From an uncultured Actinomycetota bacterium (GTDB lineage: Bacteria > Actinomycetota > Actinomycetes > JAFAQI01): a DNA stretch of 64,000 bases. The notes beneath the pieces are model-generated. The model saw only the letters and a program-made list of their open reading frames with translations. It searched no databases and was not told where the DNA came from. Location: positions 1,531,663 through 1,595,662 of the forward strand of contig CAVYQE010000001.1 of assembly GCA_963770565.1 (NCBI GenBank), in the 5' to 3' direction. Positions 20,442-29,684 of this stretch are shown one piece after another. Numbering within the stretch: the stretch's first letter is position 1; every line of letters begins with the position of its first letter. The position numbers and the translations under genes were made by a program.

Positions 20442-22379
20442 CTAGGGCCGATGACCGGCTTCCTCGAGCGCGCCCGCGAGCACCGCGGCACCGCTCATGT
20501 CGAGGGCCGGTTCGTCGGTCTGCCAGGAGCGCACGTCGTCGATGTAGCGGCTGCCACGCCCGTTGAATTGCTGGTACGGCGCCGGCCCGGTGGGGCACTT
20601 GCGCATGCCTGACTGCAGCCCGCCTAGGCCGCCGGTGAACAGTCCGGCCGAGTTGGGACCGTTCACGACCGCGCCGACGACGACCGGTGGCGAGCCGTCG
20701 AGGGTGCCGGCGAGGTTCGCGACCTGGTGCTGCATGCAGCGCGGGTAGTTGGTGCCCTCGCCGACCATGAAGCTGGCTCCCCAGGCATTGGCGCCGAACA
20801 ACCAGTCCCGCTGTTCGGTCGCGAAGCCCTGGTAGGCGTTGGAGTTCGTTGCGCTGTCGTACATCGCGACCGTCGAGATCAGGCCGAAGGTGTGCGAGTC
20901 GACGTCGAACTGGTCGTAGTCGCCGCCGGCCCGGAACGCGTCGGTCGTCGCTCGGTGCAGCCCGATGTGGATCTGCTGGCGGAGGTCGGCGAGCAACGCC
21001 GGACGCGTGATCGCGAGGTGCGGGCCCGACGCCATCCGGTGCATCACCTGCAGCAGGTCGGCTTCGGCCAGAGCGCTGTCGTCGTAGAGGTTGAAGGTGT
21101 CGCCGGTGTCGTGCGCGATGTAGTCCCTCGCCCAGCGCGCTGCGTCGATGGCGTAGGCGCGGACGGGCTGCCCGAGGTCGAGCCGGGCCAGTGCGATCTC
21201 GCTGGCGCCGAGCGCCATGTCGTCGTGCCAGGTGGTCTCGGGGTAGTACCCCCACGGCGCGCTGGTGACCAGAGGGTGCGGCGGCTGCTTGGTCGCGGCC
21301 ATCGCGTAGAGCGAGGTCGCGGCGTGGAGCTCGGACACCGCGCGGCGGCGGTGCTTGGGCGCATCGACCTGGGCCGCGAGCGCGAACGCTGCACTGACCC
21401 GCCCGACCAGGTTCGGGCTGATCAGGTGCCCGGGCGGTGCGGCCCGGAACACCGGGCGGTGTGCGGCGGCGTACCTGTCCCGACTGGCGGTGTCGCGGTC
21501 GTCGGCCTGGGGGAGTCGCCACAGGTCGTGGTCGCCGTAGAAGGTGCCGGCCCGGTTGCCGGTGCCGATCCCGACCTGCAGGTAGAGCGTGCGGGTCTTC
21601 TCGTGCCACATCCGCCGCAGCCACTGCTCGCCGTGCCGGGCCTCGCGGGTCAGTGCGCCGGATGCTGCGGATCCCAGCGCCCGCTGGCTCGCGTACAACA
21701 ACACGTCGGCGTACGCGGTGGTATGGGTGAACTTCAGGAAGTCGCCGGCGTCGAACCAGCCGCCCTCGGCATCGATCACGGCATGGTCGGCGACCCGGGT
21801 CAGGTGGCTGCCCTTGATCGTGTCGTCGCTGCCCGGATGCGGGAAGTCCGGCAGTCGGTAGACCTCGGCGTGCGCGTCGTTGAGATGAGACGGCTTGCGG
21901 TCGAGCGCGGTGTCGACCTGGTCCTGGCCGTCGCGCTGGGCCTGGAAGAACCTCACGCCGTCGCCGACCATCCGGCCGTAGAGCGCGGCCGCCGACTCGA
22001 TCCGGAACGACTGCGAGGTTGCGTTCGCCGGCCCGGTCACGACGAGGTGGTAGGTGCCGGGTGTGGCGAGGTGGCTGAAGTCGAGCGAGTAGACGTCGGG
22101 ATACGAGGCGCTCCAGCGGCCGCGGTTGGTCGTGCTGACCTCGCCGGACAGCACCGTTGCCCCGTGCGCGTCGATCACGGCGTACGACGCGCCCGAGACC
22201 GGGCCGGTCGTCATCAGGTAGGCGTGCTTGACCTCGCCCGGGGTGAAGCCGACCGAGTCGACCCGCAACCGGTCGGCCGGGCCGGTGGTCGAGCCCGCGG
22301 GGGTCGGCGCCGCAGCAAGGGCTCCGGCGGCGACCAGGCCAACCGTCGCCAGCCCGCAGACCCGCCGCCAACTCGCCAT
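20442..22379 (-). CDS. Secreted glycoside hydrolase family 9 with N-terminal Ig-like domain
   Basis: Signal peptide; 'RVDSVGF..G.VK.A' Ig-like start; 'GGWFDAGDFLKF'; 'WLFGANAWGASFMVG'; 'YIDD..SWQTDEPALD' catalytic Glu region. Confidence 0.88.
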   Translation of the reverse strand: MASWRRVCGLATVGLVAAGALAAAPTPAGSTTGPADRLRVDSVGFTPGEVKHAYLMTTGPVSGASYAVIDAHGATVLSGEVSTTNRGRWSASYPDVYSLDFSHLATPGTYHLVVTGPANATSQSFRIESAAALYGRMVGDGVRFFQAQRDGQDQVDTALDRKPSHLNDAHAEVYRLPDFPHPGSDDTIKGSHLTRVADHAVIDAEGGWFDAGDFLKFTHTTAYADVLLYASQRALGSAASGALTREARHGEQWLRRMWHEKTRTLYLQVGIGTGNRAGTFYGDHDLWRLPQADDRDTASRDRYAAAHRPVFRAAPPGHLISPNLVGRVSAAFALAAQVDAPKHRRRAVSELHAATSLYAMAATKQPPHPLVTSAPWGYYPETTWHDDMALGASEIALARLDLGQPVRAYAIDAARWARDYIAHDTGDTFNLYDDSALAEADLLQVMHRMASGPHLAITRPALLADLRQQIHIGLHRATTDAFRAGGDYDQFDVDSHTFGLISTVAMYDSATNSNAYQGFATEQRDWLFGANAWGASFMVGEGTNYPRCMQHQVANLAGTLDGSPPVVVGAVVNGPNSAGLFTGGLGGLQSGMRKCPTGPAPYQQFNGRGSRYIDDVRSWQTDEPALDMSGAAVLAGALEEAGHRP

Positions 22380-22402
22380 CGAGCTCCCCAGTGCTGGTTG
22401 GT

Positions 22403-22415
22403 AGGAAACTTTCCT
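22403..22415. promoter_or_regulatory. CsnR-type operator AGGAAACTTTCCT
   Basis: Perfect AGGAAA-C-TTTCCT palindrome between the divergent GH9 and PIG-L genes; matches the AGGAAANTTTCCT operator of the Streptomyces chitosanase repressor CsnR as I recall it. Confidence 0.8.
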
Positions 22416-22467
22416 GTTCCGGGACGTTAGGGCCGAGGCCACCGGCCGTCAAGACCGCCCGCCGGCA

Positions 22468-23223
22468 TTGACGGATGTGGAAGGCTCCGACGTCATGGTC
22501 TCCGGTGCGGTCGCGTTGCATGTCTCGGCGCACCCCGACGACGAGGCGATCGCCGCCGGTATGACGGTGTCGGGCCTGGCGACTCGTGGCTGGACGGTCG
22601 TCAACCTGTTGCTCAGCGCCGGCCTGCCGGGAGACGAACCGCGACGGCTGGCCGAGGCGGCTGAGGCAGCGAAGCGGGCTGGCTACGTGCTCGAGACCGA
22701 CGCCGATGCCCTCGGTCAAGGCGAAACCGGCTGCGTGACGGCGGTCCTCGCTGCGCTGGACCGGCACCGGCCGACGCTGGTGATCTCGCCGCAGCCGCAT
22801 GACCGCCACCCGTCGCACGAACTGGTCGGTCGCGCCGTACGGGCCGCGCTCGAGCAGTCGGGCAGCACGGCGGTCTGGTGGACCTGGGGACTGTGGGCGG
22901 CGCTGCAGTCCCCGACCCTCTACGTGCCGTTCGGTCCGAGCGCCCTGGCGCGCGCGCTCGACGTGCTTGACGCCTATCGCGGCGAGCTCGAGCGCAACGA
23001 CTACCGCCGGCTCGTCGAGGGCGCGGCGGCGAGCAACGCGGTGCTCGGCAGCGAGCGGGTCTTCGGCTTCGGATCGCCAGCCGCCAGCACCGAGATGTAT
23101 GCCGAACTGTTCACCGAGCTGATTCGCAGCGACGGGCATTGGTACGCCGGACAACCACGGGTGGTCGACCTCGACGAGCCACTGCAGGGGCTGCGCCGTG
23201 GTGACCCACTCGCTGACGATTAG
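22468..23223 (+). CDS. PIG-L/LmbE-family zinc deacetylase
   Basis: 'HVSAHPDDEA' and 'HDRHPSH' metal motifs; exact start uncertain (22468/22477/22495). Confidence 0.8.
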   Translation: MTDVEGSDVMVSGAVALHVSAHPDDEAIAAGMTVSGLATRGWTVVNLLLSAGLPGDEPRRLAEAAEAAKRAGYVLETDADALGQGETGCVTAVLAALDRHRPTLVISPQPHDRHPSHELVGRAVRAALEQSGSTAVWWTWGLWAALQSPTLYVPFGPSALARALDVLDAYRGELERNDYRRLVEGAAASNAVLGSERVFGFGSPAASTEMYAELFTELIRSDGHWYAGQPRVVDLDEPLQGLRRGDPLADD

Positions 23224-23297
23224 ATCAACGAGCGACCAGTGCGGGTTAACCGGCGCCATGCATCGGCTTGCGGTTGAGTGAGGGTCGAGAGCCCGGT

Positions 23298-24497
23298 TCA
23301 TTCGCGCCACACGCGGATTCGGTTGTGTTTGTCCTTGTGGATCCGCCACCTGGTGTGATGGACGAGCCAGTGGTGGAACTCGCAGATGTGCACGCCGTTG
23401 ATCTTGTCGGTCCGTCCGAACAAGGCCCAGAAGATCAGGTGGTGGATCCGGCAGCGCTCCAAGGGTGCTTGGCAGCCGGGCCATCGACAGCCCTTGTCCT
23501 CCAGCCGTAGCGCGCGCCGCTGGGCGGCGCTCCAGATCCTGGTCTTGCGCCCAAGATCGAGCACTTCGCTGTCCCCGCCGAGAACGGCAGGGACGATCTG
23601 CGCGTCGCAGGCGATCATCCGGGCCGTGTTGGGGGTGATCTCGAGCCCGTTCATGCTCACCGGCCCGGTCAGCACGTCTGCGAGCCGGTCGGCGCGGGCG
23701 TCGAGGTCAGCCTTGAGCTGCTCGTAGCTGATCGTGACGATCACCTGAGGCAGCTCTCCGCCGTGCTCCGGGAGGCCGCCGGCGGCCATTGCGACCTCGG
23801 CGATCGTGACCAGCCCGTCAGCCATCCGCTGGCCTGCGGTCCGGGCGTCCTCCGCACCGGCCTTGGCGGTCAGTGGGGCGAGCGCGGCCTTCAGCGTCGC
23901 CGCGCTCGGCGGGTCGAGCATCCCGTCGAATGCGACCATCCCGTCGAAGGTGTCGGAGAAGCGCAACCAGCGTGCGTCGTACTTGCGTTGCGCGGCGGCT
24001 TCTGCGTCATCGTTGGTCAACCGGGCGATCAGCTCCCGGGTGAACGATCCGAGCCGGCCCGGGTCACAAACCTCCGATGCCGTCACGAGCTCCTTCTCGA
24101 CCACGTCGCGCAGCTCCGCCGGACTCTTGTGGACCGCAGTGGTGATCACCCGGGCGTGCTCGAGGCTGAGCCGGCCGTCTGCAAACGCGTCGGCGACCAC
24201 GCAATGCTCGGGAAGGCTTCTCGCAACGGTGAGATAGCGGGACGCGTCGTGCGGGCTGAGCAGCTGCTCTTCGATCATCCAGCCACGGGTCGCCCGCCCA
24301 CACTCCTCGACGGTCGCGTCCCGCACGTCGATCACCTGAAGCTGCCGGGCGATGACAGCGTCGAGCTGGTTACGCACCTGGAGGAGCAGCTCGGTGCTGT
24401 TGATCAACTCGATGTCCGGATGGGCGTGCGGGTCCTCGGCCAACAGCTCGTGCACGTCGGCAGCCAGCTGCGTGGCTGCAGGTCTCGGCGTGTACAT
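23298..24497 (-). CDS. DUF222 (13E12 repeat family) HNH endonuclease
   Basis: 'FADGRLSLEHARVI', 'RTAGQRMADGL', 'ARMIACDA', 'QRRALRLEDKGCRWPGC....CRIHH..W..GRTDKING..IC.FHH..VH'. Confidence 0.92.
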   Translation of the reverse strand: MYTPRPAATQLAADVHELLAEDPHAHPDIELINSTELLLQVRNQLDAVIARQLQVIDVRDATVEECGRATRGWMIEEQLLSPHDASRYLTVARSLPEHCVVADAFADGRLSLEHARVITTAVHKSPAELRDVVEKELVTASEVCDPGRLGSFTRELIARLTNDDAEAAAQRKYDARWLRFSDTFDGMVAFDGMLDPPSAATLKAALAPLTAKAGAEDARTAGQRMADGLVTIAEVAMAAGGLPEHGGELPQVIVTISYEQLKADLDARADRLADVLTGPVSMNGLEITPNTARMIACDAQIVPAVLGGDSEVLDLGRKTRIWSAAQRRALRLEDKGCRWPGCQAPLERCRIHHLIFWALFGRTDKINGVHICEFHHWLVHHTRWRIHKDKHNRIRVWRE

Positions 24498-24504
24498 GCC
24501 GGCA

Positions 24505-24526
24505 ACACTACGAAGGGGGTCCGACA
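24505..24526 (-). promoter_or_regulatory. PafBC/RecA-NDp promoter TGTCGG-N10-TAGTGT, leaderless
   Basis: Minus strand: TGTCGG acccccttcg TAGTGT, 7 nt before ATG 24497. Confidence 0.8.
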
Positions 24527-24574
24527 CTTTCTGGGCACAGAAACCGTTGGTAACAAAGAAAAATCATGGCAATC

Positions 24575-24611
24575 TTGTCCACAACTGTGGACGAAAGAAC
24601 CGCTGTCCACA
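24575..24611. promoter_or_regulatory. Three DnaA-box-like 9-mers
   Basis: TTGTCCACA 24575-24583, TGTGGACGA 24586-24594 (inverted), CTGTCCACA 24603-24611, next to an A-rich tract. Confidence 0.5.
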
Positions 24612-24943
24612 GATCGTGATGAGGTCCTTGCCAAAGCGACGGCAACGTCACCTCTCCAACGGAGAGCAGGGGTAACGGTGTCCAGTCTTGAGCAACTGGC
24701 CGAGCCTCCGGACAGGGCACATCAAACCCAGGCGACTCCGCAGTGGGCGCAACCGCACCGAACGACGGCACGTGATCCACCGAGCTGGAGCGTTCGCTAT
24801 GAAGCACCCAGTCATCGCTCACCAACCGGGCCCGAGCATCACCTATAGTCTGCCGCCTCAGCGGCGGGCAGTGCCGCGAGAAGAACGGCACTTACAGGCG
24901 GCATGAGCGGCGCGCTAACCACCGTGCGGGGCACGGGTCTCGT

Positions 24944-25366
24944 TCAATTGATGATCTCGCCGCCTTCACCCTTGAGAAGCACCGATAGCCGCTCCCGCCA
25001 CATCTGCAGCTCCTCCGGCCTCAGTCGCGTCCAATCGGTGATCTCGCCAAGAATCCGCAGTGGGGCCCTACTGCGGTAAGACCGCATGGGATTGCCGGGA
25101 AATTTCTTGTCCGTCATGTTCGGATCGTTCTCGAACACCCCGGTCGGCTGCACTGTATAGACCCTCGGCCGCGGCGCACCCCCTGCGAGTACTGCGGCGA
25201 TCTCCGCAGCGAGACCCGCCCCGTCGACCAGAGCCGTGAAGTACGCGTGGTTCATCACGATCTCGGGACGGTAGTTCGACCGGTGACCGGCCTTAAGGAC
25301 CTCACCTATGTCTAGATCCGCGATTGTGCCGTGAAAAAACGGACCGTCATCCAGCGGTTCGGCCAC
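24944..25366 (-). CDS. arr: NAD(+)-rifampin ADP-ribosyltransferase Arr
   Basis: 'GPFFHGT.ADL', 'SNYRPEIVMNHAYFTA', 'FENDPNMTDKKFPGNP.RSYRS..PLRI.GE'. Confidence 0.93.
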   Translation of the reverse strand: MAEPLDDGPFFHGTIADLDIGEVLKAGHRSNYRPEIVMNHAYFTALVDGAGLAAEIAAVLAGGAPRPRVYTVQPTGVFENDPNMTDKKFPGNPMRSYRSRAPLRILGEITDWTRLRPEELQMWRERLSVLLKGEGGEIIN

Positions 25367-25415
25367 CCGAAGTCCCTTCTGCCGGTTGGACGCGCGTGAG
25401 TTTGCCGCACCGCAC

Positions 25416-25434
25416 GGGGCTTGCCGCAAGCCCC
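25416..25434. promoter_or_regulatory. Rifamycin-associated element (RAE), 19-bp palindrome
   Basis: GGGGCTTGC-C-GCAAGCCCC, ~50 bp upstream of arr. Confidence 0.8.
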
Positions 25435-25643
25435 CACCTGCGCCGTATCCTGAAATCAGAAGGACCGTCCTGACGCGGGTCCTCAGCAATCTGCACTCGA
25501 GCGATGGCACCGAACGCGCCCGCTCCCCGGTAGCAGCGCGAGCCTCTTGACGACTCTCCACGTGCAGGAGAACGGCACATCGGTTCGGTCGGCAGTGGAC
25601 TAGGACTAGGACTTGGTCGCGTGCGGATCTTCGAACGCATCGC

Positions 25644-25675
25644 TTGACTGCTAACTCTATATAGATAGAGTTAGC
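25644..25675 (+). promoter_or_regulatory. padR promoter (TTGACT / TAGAGT) overlapped by a perfect 11-bp inverted repeat operator
   Basis: GCTAACTCTAT-atag-ATAGAGTTAGC at 25650-25675, ending 2 nt before GTG 25678. Confidence 0.75.
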
Positions 25676-25677
25676 CG

Positions 25678-25992
25678 GTGACCCGGTCGCGACAACACTC
25701 CCCGCAGACTGTGCGGGTGCTTCTCGCGTTGATGGCGCGGCCTGCCGAATGGCGCTACGGCTACGACCTGGCGACCGAGGTCGACGTTCAGTCTGGGGCG
25801 CTGTACCCGATTTTGATGCGGCTCGCGGACCGCGGACTGCTCGAGTCCCAATGGGAAGCAAGCCTGGCGGGCCGACCGCCCCGCCACCTCTACCGCCTGA
25901 CGATGCAGGGAGCTGAGGCTGCCGCCGGCCTGACCGTGACAGCAGCCCGGGCACGGTCCGCTGTCCTTCGTCGCAAGCCCAGTCCAACCTGA
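25678..25992 (+). CDS. PadR-family transcriptional regulator
   Basis: 'YGYDLA...VQSGALYPILMRLADRGLLESQWE..GRPPRHLYRLT'. Confidence 0.9.
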   Translation: MTRSRQHSPQTVRVLLALMARPAEWRYGYDLATEVDVQSGALYPILMRLADRGLLESQWEASLAGRPPRHLYRLTMQGAEAAAGLTVTAARARSAVLRRKPSPT

Positions 25993-26837
25993 TGGACACG
26001 TCCCGTACGCGAGACCTTCCGGAGCGAATCCTCACGGCGACCACCCGCTGTCTACCCAATGGCCGCGCCGAATGGGGGCGAGCCATGCTTGGCGAGCTAG
26101 CCGGCATCGAGGTGCGCAACGAACGCTGGCGATTCGCCATCAGCGGCACCGGCATCGTATTGACTGCCCCGCGTGCCCACGGTGCACCCGGCCGATCAGT
26201 CGTCGTCGCCATGTTGACGGCCGCGACAACTTGCGCAGCCACGGTGGGAGTGACGCTGCTGCGCTACCCCGGGCTGGTCACCGGCCGCGCGTGGTTTGCA
26301 GTCGCGCTCTTCCTCGGTGTACTCACGTCCTATGTCGTGGTCGGCCGCGTCCTGGTCGGCCAACTCGAGGCGCCTGCGCTTGTCCCGCTGCGCGTCGCGG
26401 TCGGCGGCGCGATCGGAATCGCTGCACTCTGGTTAGCCATCGGCGCGAGTGCTTCCTACGCGCCTTCCAAGTTAGTCATCGCCGCGCTGTGGGTGGCGCT
26501 ACCCGTGACGTCGGTCGCGGTTGGTGGGGTGGCAACCTGGCAGACGAAAAGCGCCCGCGCAGCACGCGGCGCTTCGCTGCTGTCCGCACTCGGCGCGGGC
26601 CTGCTGGGATTCGTGATCTGGACGGGCGACAGTCTGCTCAACGCCGGCCGCCCCTACGACCCCGGCATGCGTCGAGACTTTGCGGCAATCCATGCGCGCG
26701 ACCTCGCGACATACGCCGTCAACGACAACCTGGGGTCCGGCATGATGTTGCTCCTGCTGATCCCGCTACTTGCCGGAGTCTTCGGTTTCATGGGCGTGGC
26801 GACGGTCGTTCGGATCCGACACGCCAAGCCGGGATGA
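25992..26837 (+). CDS. PadR-associated integral membrane protein
   Basis: 'LP.GRAEWGRAMLGELAGI...ERWRFA' N-terminus typical of PadR-coupled membrane proteins; about 7 hydrophobic helices; TGATG coupling. Confidence 0.7.
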   Translation: MDTSRTRDLPERILTATTRCLPNGRAEWGRAMLGELAGIEVRNERWRFAISGTGIVLTAPRAHGAPGRSVVVAMLTAATTCAATVGVTLLRYPGLVTGRAWFAVALFLGVLTSYVVVGRVLVGQLEAPALVPLRVAVGGAIGIAALWLAIGASASYAPSKLVIAALWVALPVTSVAVGGVATWQTKSARAARGASLLSALGAGLLGFVIWTGDSLLNAGRPYDPGMRRDFAAIHARDLATYAVNDNLGSGMMLLLLIPLLAGVFGFMGVATVVRIRHAKPG

Positions 26838-26899
26838 TCTCGCTCCCGAAGTTGCTGCAGGCCGAGCCGCTAGCGGCGGCACCTCTAGGACGGCAACCG

Positions 26900-27295
26900 C
26901 TAGATGCATGCACTTGGAAGATCGACTGTGGATGTGGTTCCCGCCCGTACGACGATCGTCCGTGGTCCAGCGTGTTCTTTGGGTGCGACGATGATGTACC
27001 GGCCGGGCGCGAGCGTGAAGTGGTAGTGCCCGACATGGCGGCCGCTGACTGTCACCGTCGTCGAGGCAGCAGGGGGCGATCCGGCGCCGATACGGGCAAC
27101 GACTCGTACAGCGTGGGCTGGAACCGGTGTGGCGAGGGCATCGCACGCTGAGACCCAGCCGTGGACGTACCCGGTCGCAGGGGACGTCGAATGCTCTGGG
27201 ACTGCGGGTGGCGGTGGTCCCGTGACTTGCACTGAGGTATGCGAGGTGCAGGCTGAGATCAGGAACGCCGCGGCAGCGCACACGACAACTTTCAT
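26900..27295 (-). CDS. Lipoprotein with carboxypeptidase-regulatory-like beta-sandwich domain
   Basis: Lipobox 'LISAC'; 'GHYHFTLAPGRYII'. Confidence 0.6.
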   Translation of the reverse strand: MKVVVCAAAAFLISACTSHTSVQVTGPPPPAVPEHSTSPATGYVHGWVSACDALATPVPAHAVRVVARIGAGSPPAASTTVTVSGRHVGHYHFTLAPGRYIIVAPKEHAGPRTIVVRAGTTSTVDLPSACI

Positions 27296-27607
27296 ACGAT
27301 TAGGACGCGCACGGTCGCAGCGCGGTTCCCTTGGATCCCGCGACATTAGTGCACGGTAGGGCCGGCTCGGCTCGCTTGCGGCTCCTTGTCACATGGCGTT
27401 GAAGGAGCCGGCGATCGCTTGCTCGGCCTCGGCATAGTGCGAGCCGGCTGCGCGGCAGGGGAGCGACCAGACTGGAGGTCCGATGAGGCGCTGAGATAGC
27501 GCCGTGTCGAGTGCGCGCGAGCGGCACTGCTCGTGCATCCCAGGGTCTGACGCTGTGAGCGCTTGTGGCGCGCAGATGGGTGGGTGTCGCTGTTCTCTGC
27601 CCGTTGG

Positions 27608-28390
27608 TCAGCGGTTGGATGGCCCGGCAATGTCGCCTTCGAGATACAACAAAACAGTCTCGGATTGCGACTGACCCGGGACTATGTCACCTGGGTTCAA
27701 CGAGGCGGTGTACTGCAAGCGGACATGGCCAGCTGTGCGTTTGAAGCTGCAGTAGCCGGGCTGGTCGAACTCCTCATGCCAGCCCAGGCTTGCTGGGGCG
27801 TCGATCTGGATGGCAGCGCAGGCCGGCGCAAAGGAAGCATCCGCGGTGGCGACGTCGGATCGCAGAAACGCTTGGCCGTACTGCCATTCGCGGATAATCC
27901 TCGGATAGCCCGAGTCACTCTCCTGGTTGACCGCATTGGGAGGAAGTTGCGTGACGTCGTTCGGGACAGCCACGGCGTACACGGTCGCTCGAATCGAAGC
28001 CGCGTTGGGCAACCGATTATCCGTGATCACGACACCGCCAGCCAGCAGCGCAGCGACAACGCCGCCGGTCGCCGTGAGGCAGATGAGTCGCTCTCGCATT
28101 TGGGCCTTGACCAGGATCTGCACAAGTCCGCCAACGACCGCAGCAAGAATCGCAACCAAGGCCGTGACGAATTCAGGGTGATGTGCGGATGCCTGGGTGA
28201 CGGCCACATCAGTCGGCTCGAAATAGAACTGTGTCCAGCACGCGTGCCACAAGAACGGCACGCACACGACAAGGAGTACGACTTGACCGATGACCCACCA
28301 GACTGCCTCACTGCGACGATTCGCCGGACGCATCTCCGGAGGCGACCACGGCGCAGGAACTTGGTCTAATGGTCCCGCTGCGTCGCGCAC
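27608..28390 (-). CDS. Hypothetical membrane protein (3 TM plus soluble domain)
   Basis: 260-aa ORF with three hydrophobic segments; start uncertain. Confidence 0.5.
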   Translation of the reverse strand: MRDAAGPLDQVPAPWSPPEMRPANRRSEAVWWVIGQVVLLVVCVPFLWHACWTQFYFEPTDVAVTQASAHHPEFVTALVAILAAVVGGLVQILVKAQMRERLICLTATGGVVAALLAGGVVITDNRLPNAASIRATVYAVAVPNDVTQLPPNAVNQESDSGYPRIIREWQYGQAFLRSDVATADASFAPACAAIQIDAPASLGWHEEFDQPGYCSFKRTAGHVRLQYTASLNPGDIVPGQSQSETVLLYLEGDIAGPSNR

Positions 28391-28455
28391 GTGCTAATTG
28401 TGTCGCGTTCGAGGGGTCCGAGCCTGAGTACAACTCACTAACGGGGGGTGATTGC

Positions 28456-29676
28456 TCACGAACCGCGCGGACGGCACACCGGCCCGCGCGTGGACACCCT
28501 GATCGAGATCTGTGTGGCCGGGCGAGCAAGGATTGGGACGGCCGCAAGGCTCAGTACGAGGGCGGCGGTCATGAGGAGAATCTGGTAGTTGACCGCGCCG
28601 ATCAGGAATGCACCGATCGCGATTGACAGTGTTTGGGAGAGGTTGATTGCCGTTTCGGATGCGGTGTTGACGCGGCCTTGTAGCGCTGGGGGAGTGTGGC
28701 GCTGGGTGGCGGTCGCGATCGAGACGGCGTAAAGCGGTATCGCCGCGCCGAAGATCGTGAGTGCTGCGCAAGCAGTTGCAAGTGTTGGGATGGCGTAGAT
28801 GAGGCTGGCAAGAACCCAGGCGATCAGACCGACGCCTAGGGTGCGCGCTTCCCCGATCCGTTTGATGACCGGGGTCACGACAAGCCCTCCGGCGATTGAA
28901 CCGATCGCCTGGATCGCCATCAGGACACCGAAGAACGACGGTGTTCTGCCGATCGCAGCGATGACCGCGAAGGTGACGGATTCGTAGAACCCGAGGACGA
29001 GCATGGCAACGGCGGCCGTGAGGGTGATCTGCGCGAGCAGCGGGTTGCGGCGAAGGTGGAAGACGCCGGCGAGGAGCTGCGAGCGTACGGACGCAGCCGA
29101 GGTTGTGGTGGCGTGTTCTGTGATCCGCACGCTCAGCAGGGCGCAGATGGCGAATCCGAAGGTAGTGGCGTCGAGGGCAGCGACTGATCCGCCACCGAAG
29201 CGTGTGTACAAGGCGGCTCCTAGCAGCGGCGAGACGATGCGTAGGCCCTGGCTGATGGTGGTTCTGGCCGCGTTGGCTGTCGCCAGGTCATCGTCGGCGA
29301 GAAGGTCTTTGAGCAGCCCCGCGCTGGCGGCCGCAATGATGATCCCCGCGGTTCCATAGGCGAACGAGACGGCATACATGATCCATAACTGCGCTCGTGA
29401 GTGGACCATCAGGAGACTGAGCACCGCGATGGCGCAGGCGGCATTCGTTGTGATGAGCAGCGGCCGGCGTTTGACTCGGTCGACGAGTTGCCCCGCGAGG
29501 GGTGCACCGAGATAGGGAAGCCCCTGAGCCAAGAAAATGGCTCCGGCGGCCGCGTTGCTTCCCGTCAGGTCTTTGGCCCAGATGCCGAGCGACAGGTAAA
29601 GGGCGCTGTCACCAAAGCTAGAGATCGAGTTGCCGACCAGCAGACGCCGGAATCGGGGGTCGCGGAGCGCACCCAT
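28456..29676 (-). CDS. MFS transporter (DHA3/H+ antiporter-like)
   Basis: 'LRDPRFRRLLVGNSISSFGD', 'GQLVDRVKRR', 'TPPALQGRV'. Confidence 0.9.
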   Translation of the reverse strand: MGALRDPRFRRLLVGNSISSFGDSALYLSLGIWAKDLTGSNAAAGAIFLAQGLPYLGAPLAGQLVDRVKRRPLLITTNAACAIAVLSLLMVHSRAQLWIMYAVSFAYGTAGIIIAAASAGLLKDLLADDDLATANAARTTISQGLRIVSPLLGAALYTRFGGGSVAALDATTFGFAICALLSVRITEHATTTSAASVRSQLLAGVFHLRRNPLLAQITLTAAVAMLVLGFYESVTFAVIAAIGRTPSFFGVLMAIQAIGSIAGGLVVTPVIKRIGEARTLGVGLIAWVLASLIYAIPTLATACAALTIFGAAIPLYAVSIATATQRHTPPALQGRVNTASETAINLSQTLSIAIGAFLIGAVNYQILLMTAALVLSLAAVPILARPATQISIRVSTRGPVCRPRGS

Positions 29677-29684
29677 CGGCTCGG

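Noticed and set aside
19954-23484. 1176-aa minus-strand ORF
   Set aside because: Arg/Pro-rich off-frame shadow of GH9 and antisense to PIG-L; only its last 145 codons look like a real gene
24540-24620. Chromosomal origin oriC
   Set aside because: Only three boxes and no dnaA/dnaN/rpmH neighbourhood
24620-24943. Possible gene or ncRNA between the HNH gene and arr
   Set aside because: Short ORFs without motifs; hairpins near 24850-24890 could simply terminate arr
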